Below, piece after piece: positions 26,560-39,444 of a stretch of 64,000 nt of DNA. A model generated the notes under the pieces. That model did not search any database. It was given only the letters and a program-made list of their open reading frames with translations, and was not told where the DNA came from. Source of the DNA: Squalus acanthias (taxonomy: Eukaryota); assembly GCA_030390025.1 (NCBI GenBank), contig CM059438.1, positions 65,348,001-65,412,000 of the forward strand, read 5' to 3'. A program made the translations under genes and the position numbers. Positions within the stretch are counted from its first letter, which is position 1, and each line of letters opens with the position of its first letter.

Positions 26560-27114
26560 TTGTACGACTTTAACGCCCCTATTTTTATAAAACCTTCAAC
26601 TCACCATGAGTACAGCCACGGGAGATCTGCTCGTATGTGGAAAAATTCTCAATATGCTGTGAAGATTTCCTTTGTTCAGAAGTTCTTGTAAAATTGTAAA
26701 TCCGTTCTAAATCACTGTCAGGAAGGTAGGGCAGAAGAATGAAATAATTACAAAATAATGAGCATCGTCCCTTACACGAAGTAACTGAGATTTGATGACC
26801 ATTGTAAGAAATGGAAATGTCACAATGGTACAGTAGGGATGTTCTTCTAAATCTCAACTGAGCATGTCACCTGTGCCGAACCTGACCTGAGAATGTCTAC
26901 TGCGATCGCTGGATTAAAAAGAGTGTTGCATTTTCCATTAACATTGACATGGCTCACTTTAATGAGCATCAATTTCATGACCCACAGCAAGGGAATGAAT
27001 GGAAGATGCCAGTGGAAGCCTGTGAATTAGGTCACCCAAGTCAAAATGAGATAGCCAGAGCATACTTAGTGCGAAAGAACTTTTGTACTTTGACATAAAC
27101 CTGTGGCTAAAAAT

Positions 27115-27562
27115 AAAGAAGAAAAACTTGCATTTATGTAAGCACATTTCACAACCTCAGGACATCCCAAAGTCCTCCACAGCAAATGAAATACACTTGA
27201 ATAGTAGCCACTTTTATAATATAGGGAAACACAGCAGCCAATTTGCAAACAGCAATGTCCCACAATCAGCAATGAGATAAATGGCTAGGTACTCTGTTTT
27301 GGTGGTATTGATTGAGGGATAAATGTTGGCCAGGACATCAGGAAAACTCCTCTGTTCCTCTTTGAAAAGTGCCTTGGAATCTTTCACATCCACCTGAGAC
27401 GGATCTTTAGGTTAACATCTCATCTGAAAGTCATTACCTCCGGTCACGCAGCACTCCCTCAGTACTGCACTGAAGTGTCTGCCGAGATGATGCGCTCAAG
27501 TGCTGAACCCACAACCTTCTGAGTCAGAGATGAAAGTGCTGCCACTGAGCTACGGATGACAC
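27115..27562 (-). mobile_element. Deu-type SINE
   Basis: Colinear with 10322-10792. Confidence 0.75.
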
Positions 27563-27777
27563 ATTTGAATCATTTATTGTTGGAAAAAAATGTCCCTGTT
27601 CACTGGAATGAATCTAACACTGAGCTCAATTGGTTTTGGTTCCCATGCCAGTTGTTTTCATTTTCTAGAGCATCATTTCCTCTCCTGTTAAGAATTTTGG
27701 CAATAATTGCCACTTGGTCAATCACGTGTTTGGACTGCCTCAAAGATTTGCACACTTTCACCATGTTGAAACCATCC

Positions 27778-28417
27778 ACTGTCCAGGGCCCCATACACTC
27801 CTTCCAGGTGAAACAGCGATTTACTTGTACTTCTTGCAATTTAATATACTGTATTTACTGCTCACGATGTGGTCTCCTCTACATTGAGGAGACCAAATGC
27901 AGATTGGGTAACCGCTTTGCCAAACACCTCCGTTCAGTCCGTAAGGGTGACCCCGAGCTTCCGGTCGCTTGTCACTTTAATTCTCCACTGCACTCCCACT
28001 CTGACCTCTCTGCCCTCGGCCTCTTACACTGTTCCAGTGAAGCTCAACGTAAGCTCGAGGAACAGCACCTCATCTTTCGATTAGGCACTTTACAGCCCTC
28101 TGGACTCAACACTGAGTTCAACAATTTCAGACTATAACCCCCCCATTTTTTCAGGCGGCAGCTGTTGATAATTCTGTCATCCCCATTTGCAACATTTAAT
28201 CTCTCCTGCCTTCAATCCAGCACAGACTGGTCCCTTCAGTTCCTTCCTCCCCTTCCCCCCACCTTCTCTGCCTCTGCACCTGCTTAAAACCTGTTACATC
28301 TCCAACTTTTACCAGTTCTGACGAAGGGTCACAGAGCTGAAACGTTAACTCTGTTTCTCTCTCCACGGATGCTGCCTGACCTGCTGAGTGTTTCCAGCAT
28401 TTTCTGTTGTTATTTCA
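27778..28417 (+). mobile_element. Penelope-like element 3' end: GIY-YIG endonuclease + pLTR
   Basis: FTCTSCNLIYCIYCSRCGLLYIEET..RL..RF..H..VACHF..GLN = PLE GIY-YIG/CCHH domain, stop at 28137; hammerhead core at 28314-28350. Confidence 0.9.
28314..28350 (+). ncRNA. Minimal hammerhead ribozyme motif in the PLE pLTR
   Basis: AGTT-CTGACGA-A-GGGTC(ACA)GAGCT-GAAA-CGTT-AACT; helix I AGTT/AACT; one helix II mismatch. Confidence 0.6.
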
Positions 28418-28702
28418 TCCATCATGTAATTGTTCTCTCAAATGCTTCACGACACTTGCTCCAATTTTAGAAATGTCTATCATGTACATCAGGGACTGGA
28501 TTCTATTTCTGGGGACTGTATTTGTAGCCATTCTCCCCTTCCCCCACCCCCAGAAAATTTTGATTTATAACTTAATTAGGTGTATTTTACAGTATTTTGG
28601 TGTAGACTTTATGTGTGTCTGCGCACGCGAGTGCTGGTGTGTCTAATACATAAAATATATGAATATTTTTATAGTGTGTATACTACTTCATATCGAAGAA
28701 TA

Positions 28703-28815
28703 TTCGCAGGGCTATGGGGAAAGAGCAGGGGGGTGGGGTTAATTGGATAGCTCTGTCAAAGAGCCAGCACAGGCACGATGGGCCGAATGGCCTCCTTCTG
28801 TGCTGTATGATACCA
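28703..28815 (+). mobile_element. CR1 extreme 3' end
   Basis: GATGGGCCGAATGGCCTCCTTCTGTGCTGTA tail. Confidence 0.7.
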
Positions 28816-29970
28816 TACCCTATTTACTTGAACTAAAATCTTTCCTGGTGGATCATGTACCTTGTGGTAATCTACTAATGGAATAATATATTTGTTTCAT
28901 GTTATACAATCATACATTTTGAGCCTAGAAATTAAAGTTAGCAATATTTGCCACTTCATAGTTATGGCATTTATTTGATATCCCTCGCTCTGCTTTTTTA
29001 ACAAGCATTAACACATTTATTTCAAAGGGTTAAACACCTCTGTTTAAATATCTGACAAAGGAATGCTGTAAACATTCATCTTCTAATACTACCGACAGTA
29101 ATTTCAAGGCTTCTGCATTATTGATTATATAATAGTACAATATATAAAAACGGTCTTCATTACAGTAACTGCCTTACAATCTTCATCAGAAGATTGCCCC
29201 GAGCCTTGTGTAATTTATCATCCTGTTCTTTTTGAACCAGCACCTATAGCTCCGAAAATTAAAAGTGGTTCTTCTCAGTACTCCCAAGTATGTTCCCCAC
29301 TGCGCTCTCGACTTGTGGGAGTCTCCAAGTGTTTCCCCTTTTAAATGAAAGGGGCGTCTCCTGCTCACCAGTAGCTGCAGTCTTCCGAGTTAAAGCTTAT
29401 TGAATATTCTTGAGTTGACTTGGCTCAGGGAGATTACATAACAAGCATAGAAAAAGCAAAAGCAACTCCCGGAGAAAATCATACAGCATCTGTTGGGGTG
29501 AAAAAGAGACAGTAAAGAGCTCAGCTTAAGTTCATTGCCCAGTCAGTTGAAAAAATCAGCCAGGCTTGGAGTCTCTCAAAAAAAAAATCAACAGGGGTTT
29601 TCCCAGGACACAGTTTAAGAATGTCTGCAATCATTAATTTAAAGATATCTTTGTGCCTTAATTATGTATTTTTTCCAGAGTCAAGAGCCCTTTGGGTATT
29701 GAACTTCCCCACACAGTAGAATTACATAGACACCGATTTTAATTTTGTGGCGTGTGGGAAACACGGAAGTAAGTGCAGCGCGTCTATCGGTGGTTTTTTA
29801 ACTCAGCCACCTCCTTATAATTTCACTTCCAGGTTTTCCGTCCAATCAGCGGCAGCGGGCGTGATGTGGACCCACATGACGCAATTTCAACTCCAGCATT
29901 TAAAGGAAAACTCCAAAGATGCAAGTTGAAGGAGTTTGGAGTTGGGAAGAAAAGAGAAGCAAGAGCCAGA

Positions 29971-30201
29971 ATGGATGCCACATGGGCAAAGGCTGTACCT
30001 CGTTTCAGTGACCCCCTCCCTAGATGTGCTGTGAGGATTCGGAGAGAGACACTATTCCCTAATAACGGGAGGAAGAAGCCTGCAGCTGAGACCAAGCAGG
30101 CATGGCTAGAGGTAGCAGCGGAGGTGAGCAGCAGGAGCGTGGTGCCATGCTCCTGGATTCAGTGCAGGAAGCGCTTTAATGACCTAAGCAGGTCAGGAAA
30201 G
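29971..30201 (+). pseudogene. Harbinger Myb/SANT-like gene, exon 1
   Basis: PRFSD...LFP..GRK...AWLEVA.EVSSRSVVPCSWIQCRKRFNDL, then GTGAGT donor. Confidence 0.8.
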
Positions 30202-30459
30202 GTGAGTACAGTTGCACATTCATCTGCATCCTGCTTTGTGCATCACCCCACCCCCTCACTCTGCCTTGTCAAGCCTACTCCATCTCATTACTCCTCACAC
30301 CCACTTACCTTGCAGGTGCACCCATCCTTCTCTTTCTATGCACTTCCTCACATCCCCATCTATCCATCCACCACTCCCACTCACCCTCATCTTTATGCAA
30401 TTTCATGCCTCTCCCTCATACTCACCCTCGCCAAATGCACTGCATCCATCGGATGAACG

Positions 30460-31489
30460 CATCCACTGACAAGCCTTCCAAGCACACTGGCCGCGACTGC
30501 AGAGAGAATGGAGGAGTCTGCCTCAAACGTGAGTGGGTTGATGTCGCAAGGCATTGCAAATGATGTGTTATTGCATGGATAGAGTGGCAACTCCATGGAA
30601 CATCAAACGCTACTATCAACTGAGTCCATGCACGCCTTGACCATGGTCGTGCAGACTCTGGAGGCCAACATGTCCGTCACCTTAAATAGGACGTCAGATA
30701 CCTTAGCCTTGGCCTATTTCACTCGCTATTGAAATCAAGTCAACATGGCTGAGTGATAGTAAAAAGAGGCCGTATGACATATTTAATTGTGTCACCAGAT
30801 AGCTGGGAGCTCCTCGTCTCCCCATCTCCAATGGCCAGGGATGCCGACACTCCACTGATATCCAGTGCCTCCTCCTCTGTGCTTGTAAGTTGGGAAATGT
30901 GTGTCGAGCCACCTCCAGTTCTCTCCCTCTCCCTCGTGTTCTGTGCTGTCTTCTCCTGCAAGGAGGGGAAAAAAGAGATATATGAGTGAGTGTAATGGCA
31001 TGTGTTCACCCAATGGATGGAGTGTATTTGGTGAGGGTGACTCGGAGGGAGTAGCATGAAATTGCATAAGGATGAGAGTGAGTGGGAGTGGTGGATGGAT
31101 AGATGGGGATGTGAGAAAGAGAAGGATGGTTGCGCGTGCAAGGTAAGTGGGTGTGAGGAGTGATGTGATAGAGTCGGCTTGAGAAGGCAGAGTGAGGGAT
31201 TGGGGTGATGCGCACAACAGGATGTAGGTGAATTTGCAACTGTACTCAGCTTTCCTGACCAACTTAGGTCATTGAACTGCTTCCTGCACTGAATTTATGA
31301 GCATGGCACAATGCTCCTGCTGCTGACCTCCTGGGCCACCTCCAGCCACGCCTTCTTGGTGTCAACAGCAGGTTTCTTTCTCCCATTGTTGGGGAATAGT
31401 ACCTCCCTCCGACTCCTCACTGCCCCCAGCAGCACAACAAGCAAGCCATCATTAAAGTGGGGTGCAGCCTTTGAGCATCCTGACTCCAT
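30460..31489 (-). pseudogene. Harbinger Myb/SANT-like gene (exons 1-2, part of 3), disabled
   Basis: MESGCSKAAPHFND...AWLEVAQEV; premature TAA 31295; mutated donor; exon 2 EKTAQNTRERERTGGG. Confidence 0.75.
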
Positions 31490-32627
31490 ACTGGCACTGC
31501 TTCCTCTGTTGCTTCCAACTCCAAGCTCCTCCAAATTCCATCTTTGGATTGGCCCTTTAAATTGTTGTTGTTGAGATTGCGTCATGTGGGTCCTCATCCG
31601 CTGCCATTGGATTGGATAGGAAAATGATAAGTAAAATGATAATGTGGTGGCTGCGTTAAAAAGCCACAGATGCGCTGAACTTACGTCCGGGTTTCCCAAG
31701 CGATATCGAACCCCACCTCCCCCCACTACCCACGCATCACTGAGTAAATATCAGATAGAGTCTGTTCTGCCAAATTGAAAGTTTTCTCCTTCAATATTCC
31801 AAACCTGTACTGTTGAAGAGATAAAATTATTTATGAGGTAATTTTGATAGTAAAAAGAGGTCGACTTTCTCGAGGGATATCTACGGATGTTCTGATAGCG
31901 TGTCTGATGGTGCTTGTGTGGACAAGAATTAAATACACACAATCTCAAGTTGAGCAGTCAAACTTAGCTGGTGAGTTTGAATCCCAAAGTTGCCTGTCAT
32001 AACAAATTGCTTGCTGGGGGAATTTTGTCTAATTTTTGCAGATTGGTCAAATACTGTATGGCAATGAAGAGTTCTGCTTGGAAAAATATGAACTGATCAG
32101 AAAGAGCCAGTAGGGATTTGTAACGGGTAAGTCAGCCATAGAATCATAGAATCATAGAATGATACAGCACAGAAGGAGGCTATTTCGCCCATCGTGCCTG
32201 TGTCGGGGAAAAATTTAAATCATCATTCTGTGATTCTCACTCTACACCTCCTGTTGGTCCAGTCATTGGATCATAGGAATAAGAGTAGACCATTCAGCCC
32301 CGCAAGCCTGTTCTACCATTCTATTAGATCATTGGCTGATCTGTACCTCAACTCCATTTCCCCACCTTTGCTCCATATCCTTTGATACCCTTAACTAACA
32401 AAAATCTATCGATCTCAGTCTTGGAAATTTCAATAGACCCAGCCTTTTTGGGGAAAGAGTTCCTGATTTCCACTACGATTTGTGTAAAAACTGCTTCCTG
32501 ATTTCACTCCTTAAATGGCCGTGCTATTATTTTATGATTATGCCCCCTGGTTCTGGATTTGTCCACCAGAAGAAACAGTTCCTCTGTCTCTGCCCTATCA
32601 AAATTTATTTAGCATTTGAAACACCTT

Positions 32628-35600
32628 GGCCTGGAGTTTCTGCTCGGTTGCGCTGGTTTTGTTGGCTTAATTCAGCTGAAATCTCGGAAAAGATCGAGGA
32701 ACTTTAACCGCAAATTACATCCAGCGCAAATCGAGTTACCGCAATATTTTGCGCTGGTTTAAAAATCATCGTACTCAAATCAGGCCCCTCCCACAAAAAC
32801 AGGCCATGCCCCCAGATCAAATTAATCACAATGGTGAGTTTCTGCTAATTGGGTTCATTTGTAGGCCTTCGAGGAGGCTCTAAAAATTAAGCTGGTTGTT
32901 TTGGGCCGCAAGGACACTAAAAGGTACGTTTTGAAAGGCTTTGAATATAATTTTTTTTAATTTGCTGAGAAACTGACTACTGTACCCCGCCTGGGACAGG
33001 AAGGAGCTGTACCGATGGGACAGGCTCCACCTGAACCGGGATGGGACCTGTGTCCGAGCGGAAAGGGTAAATAGGGAGGTGGCAAAGGCTTTAAACTAGT
33101 AAGATGGGGGGAGGGATCTACAAGAAATGAAACCAGCCTAAATATAAACAAAACAGGAATGGAGAGCATAGGAAAGAGGAAAGTAAGGGAGGACATTGAT
33201 GGCCAGGGAATAAATGGAGTTATAGAACAGGAATGTAAAAAGATGGTTAGAAATAAAGTGAAAGGAACTGCTATTAAAAATGAGTTAAACTGTCTGTAAA
33301 GCAATGCACTCTATGTCTGTAATAAAACAGGGGAACTGGAGGCAATCATGCATTGTGAGGAACCAGATGTAGTAGGGATTACTGAGACATGGCTACAGAA
33401 AAATGAAGACTGGGAATTAAACATTGCAGGGTATAACATATTTAGAAAAGATGGAGAGGGAAAAAGGGGAGGTGGAGTAGCTTTACTTATTAGGGATAAC
33501 ATAATGACAGTAGAAAAAAGTGTCACAGCTATCAGCAAGATAGAAATAGAATCCATATGGATAGAGATAAAAGATAATAAAGGATCAATCACACTAATAG
33601 TGGTACTCTACAGGCCACCTAATAGTGGAAGGGAGGTGGAGGAAGAAATATGCAAACAAATTAGGGAAATGAGTAAAAAACATACAAAAATAATCATGGG
33701 GGATTTCAACAACTCCGATATTAATTGGACAGAAGAGGTAGGTGAAGGGGAAAAGGGAATGGATTTCCTACAATGTCTACAGGACTCTTTTCTAACCCTA
33801 TATGTAAAAAGTCCAACAAGGGAGGATTCGCTATTGGATCTAGTAATGGGGAATGAGCCAGAGCAGATAAGAGAAGTAAAAGTAGGGGAACATCTAGACA
33901 ATAGTGGCCATAATATAATACGCTTTAAAATAATAATTGTGAAGCACATAAATATGACGAAGACCAGGGTAATAGATTGGAGAAAAGCTGATTTTGAGGG
34001 GCTGAGAATAGAACTTGGGAAAATAAAATGGACAACAATATTTGCAAACAATGACATAGAACAGCATTGGTAACATTTAAAACGGTGTTCAACAGAGTCC
34101 AGGAAAAATATATTCCACATAGAAACAAGAACAAGTTAAACACTTATGAGACACCATGGATGAGTAACGCCATAAGAAAAAAATTGAGGATAAGGAAAGA
34201 GGCATACATTAAGTACATGGAAAGCAGGGGAGAGCAGGATAAGGAAAATACTAAGAGATTAGGAGAGAAGTTAAAAAAACAATTAGAAAGGCATAAAGGA
34301 ACTATTAAATTAAATTATCAAGGAACATAAAAATAAAATAGTAAAATATTTTACAGGCACATCAATAAAAAAAGGAAGGTCGGATGGGAATAGGGCCACT
34401 AAGGGATGGACAGGAAAATACCACTGGCAGTGATAGAGAGATGGCAGAAATATTAAATAATTACTTTTCCTCAGTATTTACCAGGGAAATAGAACAGGTG
34501 GACATGACATTGGATCATGAGATTAGTAATGAAATAACTGCATTTAAAATAAAAAGAGGAGATATATTAACTAAACTAATTAAACTCAGAGGAAAAAAAT
34601 GGTAAAAAGGGTAATGCAGCAGATGTAATTTATCTAGATTTTCAAAAGGCCTTCGATAAGGTACCACATAATAGATTCATGAACAAGGTCAGAGAATGTG
34701 GAGTCAGGGGACAAGTAGCAAAATGGATAGCTAGCTGGCTTCAAGACAGAAAGCAGAGAGTGGGAGTAAAGGGTAGCTATTCACAGTGGTAGAAGGTGGG
34801 TAGTGGTGTTCCACAAGGATCAGTGCTGGGACCACTGTTGTTCACAATTTATATTAATGATTTAGACTTTGGAATCAAAAACACAATTTCCAAATTTGCG
34901 GATGACACCAAATTGGGGGGGGGGGGTAATAGTTAATACTGAAGAGGACAACAAATTACAGGAAGACATTAATAAACTTGCAGAATGGGCATATAATTGG
35001 CAAATAAAATTCAACACAGATAAATGTGGGGTATTACATTTTGGTACGAAGAATAGGGAGGTCATTTATTACTTGGAGGGTGCGAGTCTGGGTGGGGTAG
35101 AGGAACAAAGGGACATCGGAGTACAAATACACAAATCACTAAAAAGAGCAACACAAGTTAACAAGGCCATACAAAAAGCAAACCAGGCACTAGTGTTTAT
35201 TTCTAGAGGGATAGAATTGAAAAGTAGGGAAGTTATGCTAAACTTGTATCGAACCTTGGTTAGAACACACTTGGAGTACTGCGTACAGTTCTGGTCGCCA
35301 TATTATAAAAAGGATGTAGAGGCATTGGAGAGGGTGCAGAGAAGATTTACAAGGAAATGCGAAGGTATATCTATCGGGAAAAGATAAACAGGCTGGGTCT
35401 CTTTTTGCTTGAAAAAAGGATGAGGGGTGACCTAATTGAGGTCTTTAAAATTATAAAAGATTTTGATAGAGTAGATACAGAGAGTGTTTCCACTTGTGGG
35501 GAAGAACATAATCAGAGGCCATCAATATAAGATAGTCACCAAGAAATCCAATAGGAAATAGTATGGATGCATTTAAGAGGTGGTTAGATAAGCATATGAG

Positions 35601-36141
35601 GGAAAAGAGAATAGAGGTTTATGCTGATAGAATTAGATGAGGAAAGGTGGGAGGAGGCTCGAGTGGAGCATAAACGCCGGCATGGACTGGTGGGGCCGAA
35701 TAGCCTGTTTCTGTGCTGTATCCTATGTAATCCTATGTAATCCAATATAACTAGCAAATGGTTCTGTATGTTTTTTAAAAGTCATTTTCAGCCATTTAAA
35801 ATCTGGGTTACTCACAGGTGGTGGATTGACACTGTGATATAAAATGTTTATTTTTTGTGACAAACCCATTTTCAGCTGTATTAATCAAACTGCACCTAGT
35901 AACCACTGTTAAATATATCAAAGAATATTTTTTAAACCAATTTTTTTTTTTTAATTACATTTTAAAAAGCCGCCCGATCGCGCTGGTTCAGGGCAGATCG
36001 ATGCATTGATCGATATGCAAATGAGTTTCAGTGGAAACTCGTGAGAAAAAAACTTTTCAAAACTGCCGCAATTTTGTCCTCAATTTTGTCCGCAATTTGC
36101 GCCCGTTTCGCCGATTGCGCCCAAAGCGGAAATTCTACCCC
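32628..36141. mobile_element. Harbinger-type MITE interrupted by CR1
   Basis: GGCCTGGAGTTTC...GAAATTCTACCCC; TSD CTT. Confidence 0.7.
32990..35743 (+). mobile_element. CR1 LINE (ORF1 C-terminus, APE endonuclease, internally deleted RT)
   Basis: WDRKELYRWDRLHLN; GITETWL, YRPP, MGDFN, LDLV; [36 protein letters not shown]; stops and frameshifts; (TATGTAATCC)n tail. Confidence 0.92.
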
Positions 36142-37759
36142 CTTGATCAGATCACCCTTCAACCTTCTAAACTAAAGGGAATACAAGTCAAGTTAATGCA
36201 ACCTGCCCTCACAGTTTAACCCTTTAAAGCCTCTCATGGCGTGGTATTAGTGGCAGTCATGGAGACCTGAATAATCCTGACCTTCCTGGCCCATCTTGAC
36301 AGGGGGAGGCTAAGTAGTGGCCGAAAAAACAGCACTGAAGAACGTTGAGTGGGGGACAGCAATCTAGCACGAGGTGCTGATTTCACAATCCTGTCATGTT
36401 TGGTTATTAATATGACGACTTTATGATGGGCAGGCTATTGAGAGAAATGCCGTTTCCCCAGCTACCAGTTCCCCGATCCCTTCTTTAATCAGAAATGTAT
36501 GCAGTTGCCATTGAACCCATTTTTTAATTGAGTTGCCTTCTATGGTAATAATCCTCAACTCTGAGCCTCTCAGTGCATAAAAAGTTGTGACTTCCATTCT
36601 CACTCCTAACTTGCTAATTTTCAACTCTCTCTCCGGCATGAGAGGCAGAGTGAACAACTTTCCTGGATCAATTTTGTTAAATTCTCTTAATAATCTTGAA
36701 AGGTTCAGTTCGGTCATCTTAAAGTTCCCTCTTTTCCGAAGAAATAAAATGAAGGTCACAGCCCACTAGAAAACTACAACAGTGCATTTTTTTTTAGGAA
36801 ACTGGGACATGGTATTTAGGAAGTGATGACATTGTAGAAATGCACTGTTGACTATCATTGCTTAATAAAAAGTCCTTGCATTGGAGTTGGTGCTATCTCT
36901 CAAATGGATGGATGATGGACTGGTTCACTAAAGCCTATATATTTCCATATTAATGCAGCACAAAGTAGACATCTTATCTGAGTGGGGCAGTAGATGATTG
37001 AACTATGTCAGTCATAAACACCTGGCTTACTTGCGTAGTTGCTCCCCTGTCAACCTTGAGTGTCAGCAGCTAGAGAACATGTTATTTTTCCTACTCGGGT
37101 GGAACGCCGACTGATTGACTTTGAGATCCATAATAAAAGATAAGCGAAATGGGACAAGTTCAACACACTGGTTATCTGGAGCTGAGGAAAATGCATTTAA
37201 CCATAAGTTGAAGGAAGGCGGCACATTGGCTACAATCATGAACACCCTCTACAGTTTGCTTCACCTGTTGGGTGATGCATTGGAATTTTTCTCATCATTT
37301 AAAAATTAAATCGTTCATAATCGTGGCTCTACTTCTTTGTAAATCCAATACCCTGAAACTTCTCTGCAATGTAAACTCACAAGTTAAAAGAACTATTGAC
37401 GATACTACAGCTCACAGGATTTTGTATCATGCCGAATAATATTTTGAGTAACACAGCCTCCATTTCGCAAAGTGTTTTTCACTAATAGAGCGTGAGTCCA
37501 AAGGCATTCTTGGTCTGTTGTTCTTATTGGTGCCTGCCATTGAAATTTCAACAGTGAAATCTTTATGAAGAATCTTATCGAGTTTAAAAAATGAAAAAAA
37601 AGGTTCTGTTCTCCCTCTCAGGAAATTCAAAAGGGAGGAGCTGAAAAATGTATTAAAAGAGAGCAATCGTTGACTTGGTGCAGGGTACACAGAGAATTAC
37701 AGATGACCGGGTTTGTGAAACACGGAGAAGGTTTCAGTTGAGCTCACCAACTATAACGA

Positions 37760-37964
37760 ATGTGAGAAGTCGCACAACACCAGGTTATAGTCCAACAGGT
37801 TTATTTGAAATCACAAGCTTTCGGAGCGCTGCTACTTCACCTGACGAAGGAGCAGTGCTCCGAAAGCTTGTGATTTCAAATAAAGCTGTTGGACTATAAC
37901 CTGGTGTTGTGCGACTTCTCACATTTGTCCACCCCAGTCCAACACCGGCTTCTCCGCATCATGG
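37760..37964. mobile_element. Fold-back Penelope-like mini-element (family P2)
   Basis: Inverted arms plus ~38-nt tail; 12-bp TSD CAACTATAACGA (37748-37759/37965-37976). Confidence 0.82.
37837..37873 (+). ncRNA. Minimal hammerhead ribozyme motif (intact)
   Basis: TCAC-CTGACGA-A-GGAGC(AGT)GCTCC-GAAA-GCTT-GTGA; perfect helices I and II. Confidence 0.72.
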
Positions 37965-38789
37965 CAACTATAACGATGCAGCTTAAATCATTAAATCATG
38001 TGTTACAGCCCTGAAATGCAGAATCAAAACCACTGATATTAATAATTTTGTTTCTGGCTTGTTTCTTGTACTCTTGGTAGCCGATGTCATCGTGGAGATC
38101 TGGCGATTTGGAATTGTAATGATTTTGTGGTTCATGTTTTTGATCAAATGCTGCAGTTTCTGCCATGTAAACATGTACAGCAGATCGGCATCGTGTGACA
38201 GGAAATGAAGGTGTGACTGGTAGCATCATGTGACAGGAAGTGAAGGTAATTGAGCGATTGGCAACATCATTTGACACCTAGAGAAAGTGAGCGAGTGACA
38301 AGGTGCATGACTGGTGAAGTTCCTGCAGTAATCCACTGAAATGCAGCAAACAACAATTTGCACGTGGAGAGGTTCCACTGATCTCTTATAGTGGATCACA
38401 TCCATACTGTATTTGATTGATGGCAGGAAGGAGAAGGCAGGAGGGCAAAACAGTTGTCTGATTGCACTCTGCCTACAGGCAGAAGATGGAGTTTGCGTGA
38501 ACATCATCAAACACGTTACCACTGCTACCAGTCGGACTTAGGTGATTCTGAACCTGTCCTCCACAACTGACTGCAGCAGCAAGATTAGATTTGCCAGTCC
38601 TTTTGCAAGGAGGCCATGTTTATGCCAGGGAGCAAGAGTTACTCCAGCTGACCCTTAACATTCTGCTCTCAGTCAGAAACATTTCACCGATCGCCAGTAA
38701 CAAAGCTCCAAACATCCCTGCAACTCTCTTTCAGGGAGAGGCATTTCTAGAACTCTGTTCCTTCTATGCAGTCATTCTTTTTTAATTAT

Positions 38790-39140
38790 TCATTCTCAGG
38801 GCGTGGGCATCACTAGCAAGGCCAGCATTTATTGTCCATCCCTAGTTGCCTTGTTTTGCTGCAAGAGTGGCTTGCTAGGCCATTACAGAGGGCCGTTAAG
38901 AGTCAACCATATTGGTGTGGGACTGGAGTCATATATAGGCCAGACCAGGTATAGATGGCAGGTTTCCTCCCTAAAGGACAGTAGTGAACGAGATGAGTTT
39001 TTACGACAGTCTAACAGGTTCGTGGTCACTTTTACTGATGCCAGTTTTTTATTGCCAGATTATTTTTTGTTAACCGAATTCAAATTGTTAAACTGCCAGG
39101 CCGAATTTGAACTCAAATTCTCTGGATTATTAGTCAGACT
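38790..39140 (-). mobile_element. SINE sharing its tail with the 18212-19012 LINE
   Basis: GCAAGGCCAGCATTTATTG tail. Confidence 0.65.
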
Positions 39141-39444
39141 TAACCAACACTTGCTGATCTAGGGTTGTTGGACCTTGTAGAGCAAATGGGAAATATCTGT
39201 GCTCCAGCCTCTGCAATCACTTGGGTCCAATCTGTCGTACATCTCTGAGGTGAACTTCCTCGGGGCTCTGCCAGCGTAACCTCGGCGGATGTTCAACGTA
39301 TCCTTTGTTTCTGTGCGTAAGCGGGGTTTCCGCCGGAGTTATGAGGACGGAAAGGGCGAAGCGCCGAGGGAATTTACCGCTGGTCTTTTTTTTTAAGTTA
39401 CCACCAGCTGCAGCCTGTTGTTGTGACAACATTTAAAATACAAT

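Larger units (their letters stand above)
29729..31757. mobile_element. Two convergent Harbinger Myb-arm fragments, no transposase
   Basis: 29740-30455 (+) is an inverted homologue of ~31010-31720; both encode Myb/SANT exon 1; outer termini unclear. Confidence 0.75.
32270..36225 (-). mobile_element. CR1 3' fragment, outer host of a nested stack
   Basis: CR1 tail 32270-32627 continues at 36142 (CTTGATCAGATCACCC). Confidence 0.65.

Noticed and set aside
27556-27777. N-terminal part of the 193-aa ORF
   Set aside because: Fortuitous open frame upstream of the truncated PLE endonuclease
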